From positions 29,165 through 70,159 of the forward strand of contig LFTF01000061.1 of assembly GCA_001512945.1 (NCBI GenBank): a stretch of 40,995 nucleotides of DNA, given 5' to 3'. The notes under the pieces were generated by a model that searched no databases, was not told where the DNA came from, and saw nothing but the letters and a program-made list of their open reading frames with translations. Source of the DNA: Clostridiales bacterium DTU023. Its GTDB lineage: Bacteria > Bacillota > Clostridia > Saccharofermentanales > DTU023. Of this stretch, positions 35,840-40,995 are shown one piece after another (the first letter of the stretch is position 1; each line of letters opens with the position of its first letter). The position numbers and the translations under genes are program-made.

Positions 35840-37387
35840 TTGCTCACTGAAAAACAGAAAAAATTGACGCAACTCAAAGAAGTGCTGGCGAAAGGCGGCG
35901 GAGACAAAGCCGTTGAGCGTCAGCATGACCGTGGAAAAATGACAGCCCGCGAGCGCGTTATCGCACTCTTCGACGACAAGAGCTTTGTAGAGACGGGACT
36001 CTTTGTCAAACACCGCGCCACGCAGTTTGGTATGGATACAAAACAGGCGGCAGGTGACGGAGTGGTCACGGGATATGGCACGATTGACGGGCGCCTTGTC
36101 TGTGTTGCCGCACAGGATTTCACTGTAATCGGTGGTTCTTTAGGCGAAATGCATGCTGACAAGATTGTTCGTACGCAGGAAATGGCGATGAAAGTCGGCG
36201 CCCCTATGATCTGCATCAATGACTCGGGGGGCGCGCGTATTCAGGAGGGGGTTGATAGCCTCGCCGGATATGGGCGCATCTTTTACAACAACACAAAGGC
36301 TTCGGGCGTTATCCCTCAGATTTCGGTCATCATGGGACCGTGCGCGGGAGGCGCCGTCTATTCGCCGGCATTGACTGATTTTGTCTTTATGGTGGATAAC
36401 ACGAGCGAGATGTTCATTACGGGACCGCAGGTTATTAAGGCAGTCACCGGAGAAGAAGTGACAGCTCAGGAGCTTGGCGGCGCGATGACCCACAATAGCG
36501 TCAGCGGCGTCGCCCATTTCCGGGCCGCGGATGAACAGGAGTGCCTGCTTCAAATCAAGACGCTTCTTAGTTATCTGCCACAAAATAATTTGGAAAAACC
36601 AAATACTGTTGACTGTTTCCAGGATCCCAATGCTATGATCGAATCCCTGAACTCACTGATCCCGGCAGATCCGCGGACACCCTATGATATGAAGGATCTC
36701 ATTCACAGCGTTGCGGACGGCGGCGAATTTTTAGAAGTGCAGCCCTATTATGCTCAAAACATAATCACGGGTTATCTGCGACTTAATGGGGAGAGTGTTG
36801 GGGTGATCGCGAATCAGCCGCGCGTGATGGCCGGTTGTCTCGATATCAACGCCTCAGACAAAGCCTCCCGATTTATCCGAACGTGCGATGCATTTAACAT
36901 TCCGCTGCTGACACTTGTGGACGTACCGGGATTCCTTCCGGGCACACAGCAAGAATACGGTGGGATTATACGTCATGGCGCAAAATTGCTGTTTTCATAC
37001 AGTGAAGCGTCTGTTCCCAAAGTGACGCTGATCGTGCGCAAAGCTTACGGCGGAGCCTACATCGGTATGTGCTCCAAGCATCTAGGAGGAGATATTGTGC
37101 TCGGGTGGCCCGATGCGGAGATCGCAGTCATGGGGGCAGAGGGGGCGGCGAATATCATCTTCTCGCGCGAGATCAGAGCAGCGGACGATCCGGAGGCCAA
37201 GCGTCAAGAAAAGATCGCTGAATACTCAGAGGGAATGATGAGCCCTTATATCGCGGCGGAGAGAGGATATCTGGATGATGTCATTATGCCGGAGGAGACG
37301 CGTCAGCGGTTGATCTCATCATTTGACACGCTGCGAGGGAAACGCATGACCGTGATCTCGAAAAAACATGGCAACATGCCTTTGTAA
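35840..37387 (+). CDS. Acyl-CoA carboxyltransferase, single-chain 12S/MmdA/PccB type (decarboxylase alpha subunit)
   Basis: 515 aa, TTG start with AGGAGGG SD. GKMTARERV..., DFTVIGGSLGEMHADKI, INDSGGARIQEG, GPCAGGAVYSPALTDF and the second-half KAYGGAYIGM are all canonical. Confidence 0.85.
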   Translation: MLTEKQKKLTQLKEVLAKGGGDKAVERQHDRGKMTARERVIALFDDKSFVETGLFVKHRATQFGMDTKQAAGDGVVTGYGTIDGRLVCVAAQDFTVIGGSLGEMHADKIVRTQEMAMKVGAPMICINDSGGARIQEGVDSLAGYGRIFYNNTKASGVIPQISVIMGPCAGGAVYSPALTDFVFMVDNTSEMFITGPQVIKAVTGEEVTAQELGGAMTHNSVSGVAHFRAADEQECLLQIKTLLSYLPQNNLEKPNTVDCFQDPNAMIESLNSLIPADPRTPYDMKDLIHSVADGGEFLEVQPYYAQNIITGYLRLNGESVGVIANQPRVMAGCLDINASDKASRFIRTCDAFNIPLLTLVDVPGFLPGTQQEYGGIIRHGAKLLFSYSEASVPKVTLIVRKAYGGAYIGMCSKHLGGDIVLGWPDAEIAVMGAEGAANIIFSREIRAADDPEAKRQEKIAEYSEGMMSPYIAAERGYLDDVIMPEETRQRLISSFDTLRGKRMTVISKKHGNMPL

Positions 37388-37399
37388 AGGAGACAACGG

Positions 37400-37762
37400 A
37401 TGGATTTTCAAAATCTGACTTTCGGCAATAGCCTTCTCGTCTCGGCTTTCAGTATTCTGATCGTGTTTCTCGTGCTTCTTTGTATCTCTTATCTCGTGGA
37501 TGGCACAGCATTTTTTGCTAACCGAAAAAAGAGAGGCAAAGAATTACTTGCATCAGGTGATGCCTCACAAGATAACTCGTCTGAAGACGCAGAGAGTCAA
37601 AATGAAGTAGATATGAAAACAGCTGCCATCATTATGGCGGCGATTACAGCCTATTCACAGAGCGATACGCGCTTTGTTATAAGAAAAATCGAACGCCGCG
37701 AGGCGACTCTTTCCGACTGGGAAGCAGCGGGCATCCGGGATACGCTCCGGCGCCCGTCATAG
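37400..37762 (+). CDS. OadG/MmdD-family small membrane subunit of a Na+-translocating decarboxylase
   Basis: 120 aa. N-terminal TM ([22 protein letters not shown]) and C-terminal [11 protein letters not shown] motif. Confidence 0.7.
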   Translation: MDFQNLTFGNSLLVSAFSILIVFLVLLCISYLVDGTAFFANRKKRGKELLASGDASQDNSSEDAESQNEVDMKTAAIIMAAITAYSQSDTRFVIRKIERREATLSDWEAAGIRDTLRRPS

Positions 37763-37778
37763 AAGGGAATCGTATACC

Positions 37779-38177
37779 ATGACGATCAAAACATTTCGTA
37801 TTGTGATTGACGGCGTTGAGCACTACGTCGAAGTCGAGGAGATCCGAGAGGGTAGTTCGGCGGCGCCCGTGCCTACGGTATCGCGTCCAATACCAACAGC
37901 GGCTGTCGCGCCCCCCGTGAGATCAGCTCCAAAAGTGGCCCCGCCCCCTCAGGCGTCTGCTTCGGGCAATGTCGTCACCGCGCCCTTACAGGGCACGATA
38001 CTCGAGATTGCGGTCAAAGAGGGTGACACGGTGAAAGCCGGTGATATCCTCGTCGTCATTGAAGCCATGAAGATGGAAAATGAGATCGTCGCGCCGGGTG
38101 ATGGCGTAATTGGCGGTATTCATGTCAATAAAGGAGATGTTGTCCGGGCAGGCGAACTGCTCATTTCTTTCAAGTAG
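37779..38177 (+). CDS. Biotin carboxyl carrier subunit
   Basis: 132 aa. Ala/Pro-rich linker, then a biotinyl domain with EAMKMENEI. Confidence 0.85.
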   Translation: MTIKTFRIVIDGVEHYVEVEEIREGSSAAPVPTVSRPIPTAAVAPPVRSAPKVAPPPQASASGNVVTAPLQGTILEIAVKEGDTVKAGDILVVIEAMKMENEIVAPGDGVIGGIHVNKGDVVRAGELLISFK

Positions 38178-38186
38178 GAGATCACA

Positions 38187-39350
38187 ATGCTGAAAATCCT
38201 CGTCGATTTTTTCCAAAATTCAGGCGTCGTGGAATTGTTTCGCTTCGACACGGAGTTGTTCGGAATCATGTTACCCGGCAAGCTGATTATGATTGCGCTT
38301 GCCTGCCTGTTCATCTATTTGGGAGTAAAAAAAGGATATGAGCCGTATCTGCTGATCCCGATCGCGTTTGGGATGCTTCTGGCCAATCTCCCGCTGACAG
38401 GTCTTCTGGACGGACCGCTTGGCAATCAGCCGGGCGGCCTCATATACTATCTGTATCAGGGGACGGCACTTGGTATTTACCCGCCCTTGATCTTCCTCTG
38501 TATCGGAGTAGGGACGGATTTTGGTCCTCTGATCGCCAACCCGAAAAGTCTGCTTCTGGGTGCTGCCGCACAACTCGGCATCTTTGCCACTTTCCTAGGC
38601 GCGATGGCGCTCAAGTTCACTCCGCAACAAGCGGCCTCGATCGGCATTGTCGGAGGCGCGGACGGGCCGACGGCATTGTTCTTGACGAGCCGGCTTGCGC
38701 CGGAACTACTGGGACCGATCGCAATCGCCGCCTATTCTTATATGGCACTGGTGCCGATTATTCAGCCTCCGATCATGAAGGCGCTCACGACAAAAAAAGA
38801 GCGCGAAATCAAGATGGAGCAACTCCGCGAAGTCAGTCAGAAAGAGAAAATTCTCTTTCCGATTATTGTCACGCTTTTCACCGTTGTGCTGCTTCCCTCG
38901 GCCGGAGCGCTGATCGGAATGCTGATGCTAGGGAATTTGTTGAAAGAGTCGGAGCGGGTGCCGCTTCTTGTCAACGCGATCCAGAATTCACTGATGTATA
39001 TTGTCTCGATTCTGCTTGGTTTGACAGTGGGAGCCACAGCGACGGCAGAAACATTTCTGACGCCCAGTACGCTTATGATCATAGGTCTCGGGCTTGCCGC
39101 ATTCTCTTTTGGAACTGCGAGCGGTGTGCTCTTGGGCAAACTGATGTGCTTGCTCACCAAGGGCAAAGTCAATCCGTTGATTGGCGCGGCTGGCGTATCA
39201 GCCGTACCGATGGCTGCCCGTGTCGTCCAGAAAGAAGGCCAAAAGTATAACCCGTCTAATTTCCTGCTCATGCATGCGATGGGGCCCAACGTGGCAGGCG
39301 TAATCGGCTCTGCGGTTGCCGCCGGTCTGCTGTTGAGTTTCTTCGGTTAA
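38187..39350 (+). CDS. Na+-translocating decarboxylase beta subunit (OadB/MmdB/GcdB family)
   Basis: 387-aa polytopic membrane protein. Family-typical segments are LLIPIAFGMLLANLP, LLGAAAQLGIF and GGADGPT. Confidence 0.85.
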   Translation: MLKILVDFFQNSGVVELFRFDTELFGIMLPGKLIMIALACLFIYLGVKKGYEPYLLIPIAFGMLLANLPLTGLLDGPLGNQPGGLIYYLYQGTALGIYPPLIFLCIGVGTDFGPLIANPKSLLLGAAAQLGIFATFLGAMALKFTPQQAASIGIVGGADGPTALFLTSRLAPELLGPIAIAAYSYMALVPIIQPPIMKALTTKKEREIKMEQLREVSQKEKILFPIIVTLFTVVLLPSAGALIGMLMLGNLLKESERVPLLVNAIQNSLMYIVSILLGLTVGATATAETFLTPSTLMIIGLGLAAFSFGTASGVLLGKLMCLLTKGKVNPLIGAAGVSAVPMAARVVQKEGQKYNPSNFLLMHAMGPNVAGVIGSAVAAGLLLSFFG

Positions 39351-39385
39351 CGAACAATAGTCCGAGTTAAGAAAGGGGTTCTTTT

Positions 39386-40864
39386 GTGAAACGGTTTGAT
39401 GTGATGGAAACAACGGTCGCGCAAGTCCACGAAGCCATGCGATCGGGTCGTTTGAGTGCCCGTGAGCTTGTTGAAACGTATCTCGCGCGCATTGAAGCGT
39501 TCGAGGACAAGGGCCCCGCGATTAATGCCATCATCTTGGTTAACCCGAAGGCTTTAGATGAAGCTGATCGCTTGGATCAGGCGCTACAGAAAACAGGAGA
39601 ATTGCAGGGCACGCTCCACGGTATCCCTGTGATGTTAAAAGACAACGTCGATACATACGACATGGCAACGACGGCTGGGTCAAAATCGCTTCAAGGTTAC
39701 ATCCCCGATGAAGACGCGTTTATCGCTAAAAAGCTCCGTGAGGCCGGCGCGATCATACTTGCCAAAACCAATCTGCATGAGTTCGCAATCTGGGGTGAGA
39801 CCATCAGTTCGATGCTTGGGCAGACGGTCAATCCGTACGACTCGACGCGCACTCCCGGAGGCTCATCGGGTGGGACAGGTGCCGCGATTGCGTGTAATAT
39901 CGGCATTATCGGGATCGGAACGGATACTATTAATTCGATCAGGAGTCCGGCGTCCGCCTGCAGTCTGGCAGGTATTCGACCTACTATCGGGCTGGTTAGT
40001 CGTACGGGGATTGTGCCTTATAGCTTGACACAGGATACAGCCGGTCCCATTTGCCGTACAGTTGAAGATTGTGTGAGGACGCTTGACGTTATCGCCGGCT
40101 ACGATCCCAACGATGATGAGACGGCGTGGAGTGTCGGCAGACAGCCTGTCAGCTACATGCCATACCTTCGCCCGGATGGGTTGAAAGGAAAGCGTCTGGG
40201 CGTCTTAGAGAGCTTCTTCGGGTGTGATGAGATCAATCAACCTGTCAATGATGTTATGAAGGAGGCAATGCTCTGTTTTGAGGAGGGAGGCGCCACCTTG
40301 ATCGCAATCCCGGACCACATTGACAGCGACTGGATGATCAAAGAGGTCAGTGTCCATCTAGATGACTTCAAAACACACTTGAACGGATATCTGGCCAAGT
40401 TGCGGCCCGACGCTCCGGTTCACTCCGTAGAGGAAATCATCGAAGGCGGTAAATATCATCCCGGTATCGAGGAAAATCTCAAGACAGCGCTCCAACTTGA
40501 TGTCGGCACACCCGTTTATAATCAAAAATTAATCCGTCAGGCGGAGATGCGAACTCGGATCATGAAAATTATGGCTGATCACGAACTTGACGCTTTAATC
40601 TATCCGCATCAGCAGCAACTCGTATGTAAAATTGGAAGTGGGCAGCAGCAACGCAATGGTGTTCTGTGCTCGGCAACGGGATTTCCGTCAATCGCTGTGC
40701 CCGCAGGCTTTGCCCCCGACCCGCAAGCACCGATTGGTGTGCCCGTCGGACTAGAGGTTATAGGAAGACCATTCAGCGAACCTGTCCTGATCGAAATCGC
40801 ATTCAGTTTTGAGCAGATTTCATGCTTGCGTCGACCGCCGGCGGCGGCTCCAGCCCTTCTGTAA
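39386..40864 (+). CDS. Amidase-signature (AS) family amidohydrolase
   Basis: 492 aa, GTG start with GAAAGGGG SD. Catalytic Lys context VMLKDNV, GGSSGGTGAAIA, and IGTDTINSIRSPAS (Ser-cisSer-Lys triad). Confidence 0.85.
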   Translation: MKRFDVMETTVAQVHEAMRSGRLSARELVETYLARIEAFEDKGPAINAIILVNPKALDEADRLDQALQKTGELQGTLHGIPVMLKDNVDTYDMATTAGSKSLQGYIPDEDAFIAKKLREAGAIILAKTNLHEFAIWGETISSMLGQTVNPYDSTRTPGGSSGGTGAAIACNIGIIGIGTDTINSIRSPASACSLAGIRPTIGLVSRTGIVPYSLTQDTAGPICRTVEDCVRTLDVIAGYDPNDDETAWSVGRQPVSYMPYLRPDGLKGKRLGVLESFFGCDEINQPVNDVMKEAMLCFEEGGATLIAIPDHIDSDWMIKEVSVHLDDFKTHLNGYLAKLRPDAPVHSVEEIIEGGKYHPGIEENLKTALQLDVGTPVYNQKLIRQAEMRTRIMKIMADHELDALIYPHQQQLVCKIGSGQQQRNGVLCSATGFPSIAVPAGFAPDPQAPIGVPVGLEVIGRPFSEPVLIEIAFSFEQISCLRRPPAAAPALL

Positions 40865-40881
40865 CGAAAAAATAATGGGTG

Positions 40882-40995
40882 TCAGGCACTCTCTTGCGAC
40901 ATCGATAATTTGCGGAAATAATCGATCAAAAAATCTGCAAACAAGATCTCGTACTTGCTGAGTTCTCGTCGGTCAAGTGTGCTGAGGTTAATGAA
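40882..40995 (-). CDS. Possible 3' end of a convergent gene running off the window
   Basis: 37 open codons on the minus strand (…FINLSTLDRRELSKYEILFADFLIDYFRKLSMSQESA*) ending at TGA (reverse complement of 40882-40884). This is too short to distinguish from chance. Confidence 0.25.
   Translation of the reverse strand, partial: FINLSTLDRRELSKYEILFADFLIDYFRKLSMSQESA

Noticed and set aside
34180-39350. Reading the operon as a classical Klebsiella-type (mdcABCDEGH) or Malonomonas-type (mad) malonate decarboxylase
   Set aside because: It has no ACP, no split MdcD/E or MadC/D, and no MdcH or MadH. The carboxyltransferase is a single-chain acyl-CoA type. I therefore reported it as a hybrid. A plain methylmalonyl-CoA decarboxylase role for the last four genes cannot be excluded from sequence alone.
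1-40995. Search for defence systems, toxin-antitoxin pairs, prophage or integrative elements, DGRs/retrons and CRISPR
   Set aside because: I saw no nuclease, methyltransferase, reverse transcriptase, integrase or Cas-like motifs in any ORF. There are no spacer-separated repeats and no flanking tRNA or direct repeats. Gene content and tight operon packing are those of core chromosome.

Overview
This 41-kb window looks like chromosomal core genome from a Bacillota (Clostridia-like) bacterium. It has about 50% GC, strong GGAGG-type ribosome-binding sites, and almost all genes on the + strand. I saw no rRNA, tRNA, CRISPR array, transposase, integrase, phage gene or recognisable defence gene. All family calls come from motifs read by eye in the supplied translations; no search was run.

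Gene content, left to right:
- A P-loop ORF coupled to a fused citX-citG (holo-ACP prosthetic-group machinery).
- Cell-wall genes: a 5xSH3b-NlpC/P60 hydrolase, a GT2 glycosyltransferase and a PHP phosphoesterase.
- Lower glycolysis: an in-frame pgk-tpiA fusion and gpmI, followed by pyruvate:ferredoxin oxidoreductase.
- Replication-loader genes (a DnaD-domain protein and dnaI), acpS, and an SH3 protein with a catalytically degenerate NlpC/P60 domain.
- A nucleoside-scavenging locus: BMP-family ABC importer, two paralogous nucleoside hydrolases and a flavodoxin-like reductase.
- The rpmG-secE-nusG-rplK-rplA-rplJ-rplL cluster, with no rpoBC after it.
- A DarB/CbpB-like CBS protein, a MATE exporter, an alpha/beta hydrolase and a small zincin.
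- A six-gene operon: an MdcA-type malonate transferase, a complete MmdA/D/C/B-type Na+-translocating biotin decarboxylase, and an amidase-signature enzyme.

Best candidates for something undescribed:
1. The hybrid MdcA + MmdADCB + amidase operon (34180-40864). It has no ACP and no split MdcD/E-type carboxyltransferase.
2. The orphan P-loop/CitXG pair at the left edge, which has no cognate ACP enzyme in the window.
3. A ribosomal protein L10 carrying six perfect-period 13-aa acidic tandem repeats at its C-terminus.

The rest of the window is ordinary housekeeping.
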